The position numbers and the translations under genes were made by a program. The notes under the pieces were generated by a model. That model did not search any database. It was not told where the DNA came from and saw only the letters and a program-made list of their open reading frames with translations. DNA of 62,892 nucleotides, filler included, from Phoronis australis (Eukaryota > Animalia > Phoronida): assembly GCA_002633005.1 (NCBI GenBank). It is 5 parts of 5 records of this genome, joined end to end, with 100 filler letters (N's around TTAATTAATTAA, not from the genome) between each part and the next. Parts side by side here need not be neighbours in the genome. Positions count along the whole stretch, not along the records: positions 51,741 to 60,198 come from NMRA01001894.1; positions 60,299 to 62,892 come from NMRA01000644.1; 3 more parts are not named here. The stretch is one strand, 5' to 3'. Shown here in pieces: positions 53,353-62,892 of the stretch (position 1 is the first letter of the stretch; each line of letters begins with the position of its first letter).

Positions 53353-53547
53353 TAGCAAGCTAAACGGGGCAAAATGTAGCTTTAACAAAATTTTCTGTTG
53401 CTTTCGTCCTGATTTTGTGACTATTGATTGCTACAGCGCTAAGACATAGTCAAATGGCGATTTGATTTTAGGCCGAAGAAAACCAAAAAAGCGGATGGTT
53501 TTGGCAACAGTGCCCCAAGTGTTGCAGACTCCGTGTTAGAAGTCGGC

Positions 53548-53700
53548 ATGGACGTGTTTCAAAAACTGAAGAGTACGGTAACAGGAGCGTTGCCTGGCAA
53601 TCCAGTGACTCGAGAGTTCGACCTTGGACGCCATGTTGCAAGTGCTGGGCCAGGACTGCTATGGAAGATCTATGATGCCGTGAAGAAAACAACGAAACAG
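53548..53700 (+). CDS. SCYL2: SCY1-like pseudokinase 2, first coding exon
   Basis: ATG at 53548 gives MDVFQKLKSTVTGALPGNPVTREFDLGRHVASAGPGLLWKIYDAVKKTTKQ, matching the SCYL2 N-terminus (GNPVTREF..GRH.ASGG..L.WKI). 153 nt, phase-0 GT donor at 53701. Confidence 0.93.
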
Positions 53701-53856
53701 GTTGACTGTCAGAGAAATTGTTTGTGTAGTCTGTGAATTCAAAAGTTGTCTGCTCAATGTTAATACAAAGACCTCACTCAGCCAGCTTTGTGTTCTGTTG
53801 CCTAACCAAGCTGCACTCAAACTGAGTCCTGTATTGTTGAGCTTGTTGTATTATTG

Positions 53857-54085
53857 ATATTGGCCATGTCACTGGCAATATTGGCCATGTCACTGGCAAT
53901 ATTGGCCATGTCACTGGCAATATTGGCCATGTCACTGGCAATATTGGCCATGTCACTGGCAATATTGGCCATGTCACTGGCAATATTGGCCATGTCACTG
54001 GCAATATTGGCCATGTCACTGGCACTATTGACCATGTCACTGGCAATATTGGCCATGTCACTGGCAATATTGGCCATGTCACTGG
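53857..54085. repeat. 21-bp minisatellite (ATATTGGCCATGTCACTGGCA) x ~11 in the intron after the first SCYL2 coding exon
   Basis: Directly visible; one variant unit. Confidence 0.97.
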
Positions 54086-54837
54086 ATCTAAGTAACACTT
54101 ATGCATTGTATTCACTGTCAACCACATTTAACTATTTTGAATAAATTGCGTGACTTTAAAAATTAAAATCATAAGCCAGTTTCCATTCTATTTTCTTCTA
54201 TGTAGATTATCGGTATGAATTCCCAGTATACTAGTAAATGGAAACTATTAGTAATGTCACAATCTGTGATGAGTATGAGGATTTTGGACTACAATTGAAA
54301 CTTTACCGCGTCACTGTCTTTGGTGTTTAAAGGTCAGCTCTCGGGTTTCTAGCTTTGTCCTAGATGACGTCTTTTCATTGTTATGTAAGCACATAATTTC
54401 CTTGTCTGGAAATTAATCCCTTTCTCTTTGTGTTTCCTATCACTTTCTTAACATCTCATTTTAATCAATTTTCCATTGGGTATTTTGAATTAGATTTACG
54501 TCTCAAAATAATGATTACACGAAAAGAATCAGCACCTGTTGACACACAAGCACTCATGTTGCAACCAAACATACAGGTGCACTCGCTATATTGTGGTTGC
54601 TGTGAATAAATATTATTTTGTCATCTGGTGGATCTAGGCTGTCTAAAGATATGATTCACAAAGTTTTCAAAGAATAGATTTAAGACCGTTTTTTTCAGTA
54701 TGCATTAAATTTTACATTCGTGTTTCACCATGCCTGGAGGGTTTCCGGGCCGTTTGGACTCCCTGTAAGTTAACCTACGTGTTACGTGCATGCTTTCTTT
54801 CATTTTTTCGGTTCTCATTTAGGTCATTTGTTTACAG

Positions 54838-54995
54838 GAAGCGTCGGTATTCATGTTCGAGAAGAAACTCATTGACCGTTACTCCAAGCGTGACAAGGAG
54901 TTAATAGTGGAACACCTGAAGACCGGTGTCTGCCAACTGACTCGACTGCGCCATCCCAAGATACTCTCCGTCTATCACCCCCTGGAAGAATCAAG
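54838..54995 (+). CDS. SCYL2: SCYL2 coding exon 2
   Basis: Acceptor tttacag, then EASVFMFEKKLIDRYSKRDKELIVEHLKTGVCQLTRLRHPKILSVYHPLEES(R), donor AG|gtacc. LTRLRHP is an SCYL2 signature. 158 nt, ends in phase 2. Confidence 0.93.
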
Positions 54996-55594
54996 GTACC
55001 ACTTGTCCTGTGATGTGGAGTGATTAGATGGGGAAGGCAGATATTCTAATAATTTTTTGTTATTACTGATGGAAAATGTGGAATTCATGTTTTTAGTTTT
55101 GGTTTCGTATTTACTAAAACTGAATATAGAGACAAGTCTTAGTGTTAATGACTGTTTTTATGACCCCTGTGACCTTGTAGTTAGGTATACCACTTAATGA
55201 AAAACCTTAACTGCCATATACGATGAATGTGGTAGGTTCACCCGTCTGGCAAAATGGGATTTGAAGCCCCACGCAGCATCATTTATGAAAACCATAATGT
55301 TTTGGTGCACGTTTTGGGGTGGAACCGTTTGTTTTGATTTTTTTAAGCAACGAGATGGCATTCCTTATAACGATTGAACCAAATGGACTTATTGATTGTT
55401 TCGACGGAAAGATTCTCCACTACTGAGTTTGTAATTTTTGGCTTGGCCGAATTATTTTTTTTATGGGGAGTTTAAGGAACTGTGAAAACTGCATGTAACT
55501 GCACTGTTGTATATCAGCGCAATTGTATTACATGACTGCACTCTCAGGCCTGGGTAAAATGCCTCCTATAAGTCTGACTTGACTTCTGTACTCG

Positions 55595-55753
55595 TCCAGT
55601 GGTCCCGATAGCTCCGTGGAATAGAGCGTCTCCACAGTTAACAGAAAGTGCCGGGTTTGAACCTCAGTCGTGATAGAGATCTTTTAAATTAAAGACTTAA
55701 CTGTAGGTCAGGTGATGTAACCAACATGTGGCGAGTAAGAGAACTAATGATTC
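55595..55753 (+). mobile_element. tRNA-derived SINE copy in an SCYL2 intron
   Basis: tagctccgtgg (A box), gttaacagaaag, gggtttgaacc (B box); same 3' body as the 11300 copy. Confidence 0.65.
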
Positions 55754-55811
55754 TTACTTTCAAAATTTGTATTGTCGTGTTATGTAAACTCACTTTTGGC
55801 TATTCCTTCAG

Positions 55812-55956
55812 AGAGACGCTGGCCTTTGCCACTGAGCCAGTGTTTGCCAGTCTGGCTAATGTTTTGGGTTACCGTGACAACATGCCTGATCCACTGCCAC
55901 CTGGCTTCAAGGAACACGAGTTATATGAAGTGGAAATAAAATATGGTTTACTGCAG
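55812..55956 (+). CDS. SCYL2: SCYL2 coding exon 3
   Basis: Acceptor ccttcag, then (R)ETLAFATEPVFASLANVLGYRDNMPDPLPPGFKEHELYEVEIKYGLLQ, donor gtgagt. Phase is compatible with exon 2 (145 nt). Confidence 0.94.
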
Positions 55957-56720
55957 GTGAGTAAAGTTCTATTGTTAGACAGGATTTGTATGGCAGACCA
56001 GGGTCAGGTGGAAATTGACAGTAGTTGGATTATTATTATTACCTAAAACCGAAACACACCCCATTGAATTCAGATGGAGTGCCTGGTCGTGTGTGTAATC
56101 CCTATGGACATTCAAATTATGTTGTAAGCTGTGTGTCTGTCGCTTGTTGGTGGAAACACATGCCCATGTAGAAGGTTGTACTATGAGGTGGCAGGTCCAT
56201 AGCTCCTCAGCTCGGTCTTAACTTGTGTATATTACGGCACGTCTTGATGAGTTGTATTAATAGTTTCAGGAGTTAGGTGCAGAGGACCCAGCTGTGCGGC
56301 CTGTACGTGCACATCTGATCTAAGGTGTATCAGGATACCTTCACTATTTTTGCTAGGTTGTATTCTATGTAGCCAGACTCTTTGCTTGCAGATTTTTTTC
56401 CGAGGTTAGAAAATAGACTAAGGTTTTATGAACTTGAAGGTTTGTGTTACCGTGACCCTGAAAATTTCATGACCCCTTCTTAATTGGTGTTGAAATATCA
56501 GCCTGGCTTCCTATTGCGCACAGGTAACTGAATTTTGCTTAACGCTGTACATGGCATGCAATTTCAGATGGGCCATGAGAAGTAATGAAATTATAATTTA
56601 TAATGATTATAGTGGACCTTTCCACATAGGGAGTGAGTATTGCTGTTGGTAACAAAGCATTAACTGTGTTAGTAGTTGTAGTATTAGTTAGAACAACTAT
56701 AGGACTTGTTCTCGTATGTT

Positions 56721-57492
56721 AACAAGAACAACTCAGAGTGTTCAAATGCGCCCACTGCTGCAATGCAAATGGAGTGCTTTTAGGGTGTTTGCTAGTATCA
56801 GAAAAATGGCCATTAGGTGGCGCAGAACACGTCGAACACATCCGAATATGGGAAGGTGTCCTCATCACCTTATTAAGAAGCTTTCTGCTAATTGGAAATC
56901 AGTCACAGATTACAGAGGGGAGCATGAAAAAACAATTGACATTAGGAAGGGAAGTGCTAGTCCAGTCTGTTCATCTGTTGTTCAGTTAACATGTCACTTG
57001 CAAGTGAGTTGCGTTGATACAGCCACCAGTGGAAACATGTCACGAGGGGTCACCAGAGTAGTTGAACTCATGTGAAAATAAATGTCAGTTGTGCTCTTGT
57101 GAGTAGGAATACATTTGGATGTTTTCACAATGATCCATTGAGCAGTTTGGCAAATACAGAGACTCAGAAATAATAAAAATGACCACCAGGTGGCACAGAA
57201 TATGTCAAATCCATCCCAAAATGGAATGCTGCTATCGCCGTCATAGCAAAAACTTGGTTGCCACAGTTCAGTAGAAACTGCCAAGGAATTCTGAAGAGAC
57301 AGAAGCAGAAAATAAGATTGCCACTAGGTGACATAGCAATAGTCAGATCACTCGTCAGTTTCATAGGAACACATCTGCCAAGTCTGATTTAGGTCGTGCA
57401 AGGCATTTTGGAGATACAGTGCCCTATGGCGGACAGCCAGACAGAGATGACGGCAATATGCAACCACATGCAAATGATGTGGGTGCATAAAA
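56721..57492 (-). mobile_element. HINE family 1, diverged copy in an SCYL2 intron
   Basis: Reverse-complement termini: aacaagaacaactcagagtgttcaaatgcgcccac ... gtgggtgcataaaa. Internal ccattaggtggcgc, ccaccaggtggcac and ccactaggtgac monomers. Confidence 0.7.
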
Positions 57493-58133
57493 AGAAATTA
57501 CGTATTGTATAGTATTGAGTTTTCTGCCCATACTTTTAAACTTATTTTTTTTAATTGAAGACACCTGCAGTTATTGATTTGACTTTAATTTATTTAAGCC
57601 CCAAGTAACGCCATCTTTGAAAACATGATTGCAGTTACTAGTGCTGGTTTTGCTGGTATTTTGTGGGACACTTTGTTTTTGGTTTTTAACGTGGCAAATC
57701 ACCACTCCCCAATACGATGAAACTGGAATCAATGGAGTTTATTGGTTATTTCCTCTGCAATTTTGCTGTTGCTTAATATGTGGTTTGTTTTTAAACTTTC
57801 ACCTAGAAGTTTGTGATTTTGGCTTGACATAATTAACACATCGTGTGGCTTTTATAACAAGTTGGTAAAGCGACCTTTGGATTTTTAAATCAAACGCAAC
57901 TAGTTAGCAAATGATAAGTTGTCTTACAAACTGTGTTTGGCAATATGCTTGTTAGTCGCTGACTGGTTGCAAGCATTATTTTTTATTTCGTTGAGAGTCA
58001 CAAATTAAAGAGAACAGCCAATCAATGTGTACTTTTTGCATCGTGCTGTGGTGCTAAATAATGAAGAGTGTGAATTGAGCTTCTTAATTTTGAAAGTAAT
58101 TAATTGAACTCACGATTATGATGTGCAGTGATG

Positions 58134-58641
58134 TTAAGGTTATGCAGGGCTCCAGAAAAATGTCCAGTTTTGGCCAATCACAGAACAGCGTGTGTCGGCT
58201 GAAAAGATTCGCATGAACATGTCAGATACTTTGTTTGACACACTGCTTTACAAAATGCTGAAATTGGTTATAATAATGTGCTTAACTTTAGCATGAGGGG
58301 ATATCAAAATAAGCAGGTCTAATATGAATTTTATGAAAAAAATTAAAGTTACATAAGTCAAAAACGAAACTATAATTCAGAAAACTGTAGCAGTGTTTTT
58401 GCGATTTTACCTTAAATCGTTCGAAATATGGTAATGTTATTGAACTTATTATTTTGCCTTGAAATTGTATCTTATTTTTTGCTGATAATTTTCCTGAAAA
58501 AACTAGGTCATGCAACCTAATTAGTGACAGATTGGTACAAATTCAAAAATCAAATTCTACAGAGTTTCTACTTTCAGAAAATATGAACTTTTGCTGAGTT
58601 AAATTCTAAGTACTTGTCGATAAGGTCCTACACAGCCTTAA
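58134..58641. mobile_element. Kolobok-like non-autonomous element with TTAA TSD
   Basis: ttaa|ggttatgcagg ... cctacacagcc|ttaa. Imperfect TIRs (12/15 including TTAA) with GG termini. Confidence 0.5.
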
Positions 58642-58728
58642 AGGGGTTCAAATTTGGTGGCATCACCAAAACATGGTAGCGCAGTGTACTAGACACTTTG
58701 AAATGTTGAATGTTTGTCTGTGTTTTAG

Positions 58729-58878
58729 CTGGTTGAGGGCCTTGCCTTTCTTCACAATGACGCAAAGATGTTACATCGCAATGTTTGTCTAGAGTCGGTC
58801 ATCATCAATAAGAATGGTGCATGGAAGTTGTCTGGATTTGAAGCTTCATTGAAGAGTTGCAACCCCTCCAGCCAACAG
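58729..58878 (+). CDS. SCYL2: SCYL2 coding exon 4 (pseudokinase catalytic-loop region); gene continues beyond the window
   Basis: Acceptor tgttttag, then LVEGLAFLHNDAKMLHRNVCLESVIINKNGAWKLSGFEASLKSCNPSSQQ, donor gtgggg. 150 nt, phase 0/0. HRN replaces HRD and SGF replaces DFG, as expected of an SCYL pseudokinase. Confidence 0.92.
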
Positions 58879-60149
58879 GTGGGGTGTTAGCCTCTTGTGA
58901 AATGAGAGACTGTGACAATAATGACCCATCATCATGAATGCTGCGCTTTTGGTGCTAGGATTACTGTAAAATCTTTGGACATTTGGACAGTTGTCAAAAT
59001 TGATCTTTTTCCATTTATTTAGGGCTTATGTCTGCTATGAATTCCGTCAATGGCAGCGATGAGATAGAACTTTAAAAAGTGACCAAGAAATCATCGGGTT
59101 GTCCTGTCACTTTTAAATAATTTCCAATATGATGCGTTGGTTAAATGTTATTTTGTCTTAAATTTTGCTGTGTATGGAGTGTTGTAGTGCAAAATGTAGT
59201 AATGCCTGTAATACCTGTCACGGACAGGTTCATTGGGGATATGGTGGTGCATTAATCCCATCCCCAGACCATCACCCGTGACAGCAGAAGGTGCAGAACT
59301 CCAGGGGTAACGTTGCCTGTAAGCATCTGATTTGACAACACTTGGGCACGGCTCTTCTTGTGACTTTTAGCAGCATGGCCATAAATAATACCGGCTTCGA
59401 GCAGTCGGCTACCATCATTGAACTAGTGCAAAATGTAAAATATTGAATTCAAGTAAAAATTGGCTGACAGCTTGAAAAGTGAAACTCTATGCACTTCAAT
59501 TCTGTCAAACACGATGTATGGGAGATTCCGCGAGAAATCGGTCTGCGGGTATTGAATTTCATTTATAATGCATGACATTTTGAAATGGCATCATTTCCAA
59601 ATATTTTTTACTAAAATTGGTTTTTGTCAACATTTAAGTTTTTGTTTCATATTAAGTTTTTGATTAAATATATTATAAAGAAGGTGAATTTTATTTAGTT
59701 TGAAGCTAGTGTTAGTTTTAGTGTTACAAGATAGGAACGTAGACACTTATTGTCATGCTAAATTTTGTGGGAATGAAGTTTCTTCAAGTTCTATTTATCA
59801 GATCAATTAAACCTTATAGCAACTTGGTTACTGTAAAAACATTGTTTACAACACTGTGTTACTACTTAGTGACACAGTTCTGGATGAGGGTACACAACCT
59901 CATGACATTTCAAGAGCAATATGACAAGCAATAAATGTGATTTGTGTGAGCCGGTCGTTATGTAAAAGGCTTATTATAATTTGGCCAGCAGCTAATGAAA
60001 TTGTGAGATGGAATTTGGTTGTGGCAGCTAGTAATACCTGCTTCGGTGAACTGAAATACTACAAACCAGTCCATCTCACACAAGATTCTGGAAGGGGTTG
60101 TTACATAATGATTAAAATAGTTACTGGCCAGGATTTAATCATTCTTTCG

Positions 60150-60198
60150 CACACGCACGCACACACACACACACACATGCACACACACACACACACAC
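60150..60198. repeat. (CA)n microsatellite at a gap edge
   Basis: Directly visible. Confidence 0.95.
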
Positions 60199-61984
60199 NN
60201 NNNNNNNNNNNNNNNNNNNNNNNNNNNNNNNNNNNNNNNNNNTTAATTAATTAANNNNNNNNNNNNNNNNNNNNNNNNNNNNNNNNNNNNNNNNNNNNTG
60301 CATTAGCAATACGATATAATACCCACATGCCGATGAGTCGCCATTTTGTCACTGGCAAAAGTTTTCTTTCTTGAAACAAGAGGGCGCAGGAAGTTTACCT
60401 TAAAGTCTGGGTCGAGTTCAGTAACGCTAGTGTCTCAGTGGAGAAGCAAGGTCTCGTGACATTTCGTGAGATATCTCCGTGTATTTTCAATGAGAGGAAG
60501 CGAGTTGGTCAGATTTTTCTTGCCGCGAGACAGTTATTGAATATTCGATCCCGGCAGTGCCTCGGTCGAGCATGCGCACTCCATCTAAAATTCTGAAAAT
60601 GCGTCACCTCGCACCGTGCACCTCGACGGATTAGTAGACACGGTGGTAATAATCATTTTTCGAGGATAGTCATATAAGTCTAGTGACAACTGGCGCCATT
60701 TTACATCCACGTCTTATTTCTGTGTACAAAAATACGTTTCTACGACCCTGGAGACTTTGAGTGAAGAAAACTTAATTTTTGGCAACGATGGACCCAGTCT
60801 ATTATTTTTATAATAGCAGCCTCCTTCGTTAATTATCGATTATAATCGGTCATCGGTTATGAAAGATCGTCTTATTCTCACAACCTGTAGTTTGAAACAG
60901 GCACAACCGAATCGCCTCCTGGGTGACAATTTGTAGATTGTAAACCATAACCAATAAACTCAAATTTCGCACTATATTGCAAATAGAGCCAATCTTTGAG
61001 GTGAATACCCGAGGGCGATTCAGCCCGGTGCCATGATTTATGCGTGAATCGTGACCAACGGTGGGTAAAAGCAGAGCACACGGTTTGCGATCACTCTCTG
61101 CGGGGAAGATTGACCACCTCGGTGAGCTAGATAGTACGGAAATCATTTCCGATCAGTGACAATCTAAGCCGACCTAGCAACCAAGTAAACATAACATGTG
61201 CGACAAGACTTGGCTCTTACTTTAAAGTTGTAACCGACGCTACACCATAGGCAGGAACTTCTATAAGGGCCCCGATGAAGAAGTTTAAATACTTATTGCC
61301 GGCCAATGCACTTATGTTGAACGAAAGTCCATAATAGCCTAGATTCATCACAAACCTGTAATCAAAATCCACATAAAAAGTAATTTAAAAACAGTCATTG
61401 ATTTGTAATTTTCTTGTGTTGAATAAATTTGTTTTTCCAAATAGTTTGTCAGTTTGGAATTTCTTTGCAAGATCATCAACGAACTAATCTCAACATTTCC
61501 CCAATTTAATCCTCCACAAAGATGATTTTTTGAGTTCAAAGTGGTCTGCAGTACGATCCGCCCACTTATGTTTCAGTAATCTCCAGTTTGTTTCTTTACA
61601 TCACAATAATTAATTAATAGCAATTAACTGAAAATTGTTCAAGATACCTAATTACCAAAACAATCCATAACAATGGTAATTCTTCAATGATTCTAAGAAT
61701 GATCACAATGCATTCACTTCAGGTTTTCGAATTTCCTTAAATTATTCATCACATTGTAAGCTGAGTGTGAATTAACTAATGCCCTTGTTGTTCATGGGCC
61801 TTAATCCTAAAAGACCTATGCTCTAGACACTTTTATCTGTACTACCTCGTAACCAAGGATCAAATTTCTTAAACAACTTTCTAAGTATTTATAGTAGTCA
61901 AAGCGACCTCAAATTTGTGCTTGACGACCTGGTAAAAATAATGTCACCACGAACGAGGTCGCCACGCACAAATCCGAGCACGCG

Positions 61985-62760
61985 CTCAAAGTGCTACTGG
62001 ACGTGTACGTACTGGGGCAGGAATATACGAGTCTACGGTTTCGCTACCATTTTGAATATTTAATTTCGAACAGCAGACAAACCAATTCATGTACGTTTCC
62101 CATGTAAATGAACGTTATCGAGGGTATGACATGTTGGAACAAATAATTTCAAAGGATAACTACTTTGAATTTGATTCAAAACGGCGGCTGCAGTTTGCTG
62201 TTAGATTTTTACGAGAAGTGGGATTAGGGCACAGGAACTGTCGCAGCCCGCAGTTGTATATATCGAAACTAGCAGGGAGACCCGAATAAAACGATACCGC
62301 GGACATGTTTTTGTAACTAATGAACACGGACAAAACGAGCCGCGCGACTGCCTTGATCATCTTGATTTGGATTCTGACGAACCAGCTTGTAAAAACAACC
62401 CGCCTGAGTCTTTGCTGAGATTGTATGACACTGTGAAGAATCGTCCTGATGTAATAACCAGGAGCGGGAAGGTTGTAATTGTGTCATTTGCAATATGCTA
62501 TCCCGCTAAACTTTATCAGTGAAAATCTGGCATTTTGCAAGGCGACCACGTCCTCGTGAAGTCCACTCCTGGATCAATATTTATATACTGGTAGTAAGCC
62601 CTCGGCATTAAGGAAATTATACAAGTTTGCAAATTATGTCAACCCCTGGCATCGTTATTATCGCATATTTTTCCATCACTGATCACTCCGACATCGTTTA
62701 ACCAGCAGACCGAGATTGGAGGGACAAAAGCTAGGCTTATGAATAGTCTGAAAGTTTCTG
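61985..62760 (+). pseudogene. Possible Penelope-like reverse transcriptase relic
   Basis: MLEQIISKDNYFEFDSKRRLQ...G...SPQL resembles the Penelope RT 'L...NYF.F....Y.Q..G..MG...SP' block. Downstream PLNFISE..PLLD resembles 'IKFT.E...FLD'. Heavily decayed, with no intact YxDD. Confidence 0.3.
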
Positions 62761-62892
62761 CAGCTTTCGCATACTGGTGCCATAAATGTATTATCGAGCG
62801 TTGTTTTCGCAATAGGGCCGTCCCGGAATACACAGCGACACTCGAATATCGCTGTGTTTACCCACAATGCCTTAAACATCCGTCAGGCATAT

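Noticed and set aside
53533-53736. ORF-track boundaries for SCYL2 (GTG start, read-through to 53736; also 55726-56046)
   Set aside because: These ORFs extend into introns; splice sites and homology define shorter exons.
53774-54144. Repetitive peptides (VTWPILP, DMANIAS, LAMSLAI) and the ALKCM peptide at 51689-52021
   Set aside because: Translations of minisatellites; the 21-mer array lies inside an SCYL2 intron.

Overview
This is a repeat-rich, AT-rich, intron-containing animal scaffold. A marine invertebrate bilaterian is my inference from the repeat types; the species cannot be determined. It has several N gaps, four of which carry an artificial TTAATTAATTAA linker. The only clearly intact host gene is the 5' part of SCYL2 (SCY1-like pseudokinase 2/CVAK104): four coding exons on + between 53548 and 58878, continuing beyond the window. 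The rest is mostly mobile DNA. (i) An internally deleted Gmr1-like Gypsy LTR element (44348-47142) whose LTRs carry clustered heat-shock elements and ATF4/CEBP-type motifs ahead of a TATA box. (ii) Two families of Helentron-associated non-autonomous elements (HINE/DINE-like), each nested into itself: one has a ~147-bp tandem array with a CTCF-like motif per monomer, the other has nuclear-receptor DR1 motifs. (iii) A tRNA-Asn-like SINE family. (iv) TIR and fold-back elements, plus THAP-, SWIM- and Penelope-like relics. (v) Mini- and microsatellites and an ~890-bp tandem duplication. Most ORFs in the supplied track are spurious. All motif calls and alignments were made by eye.
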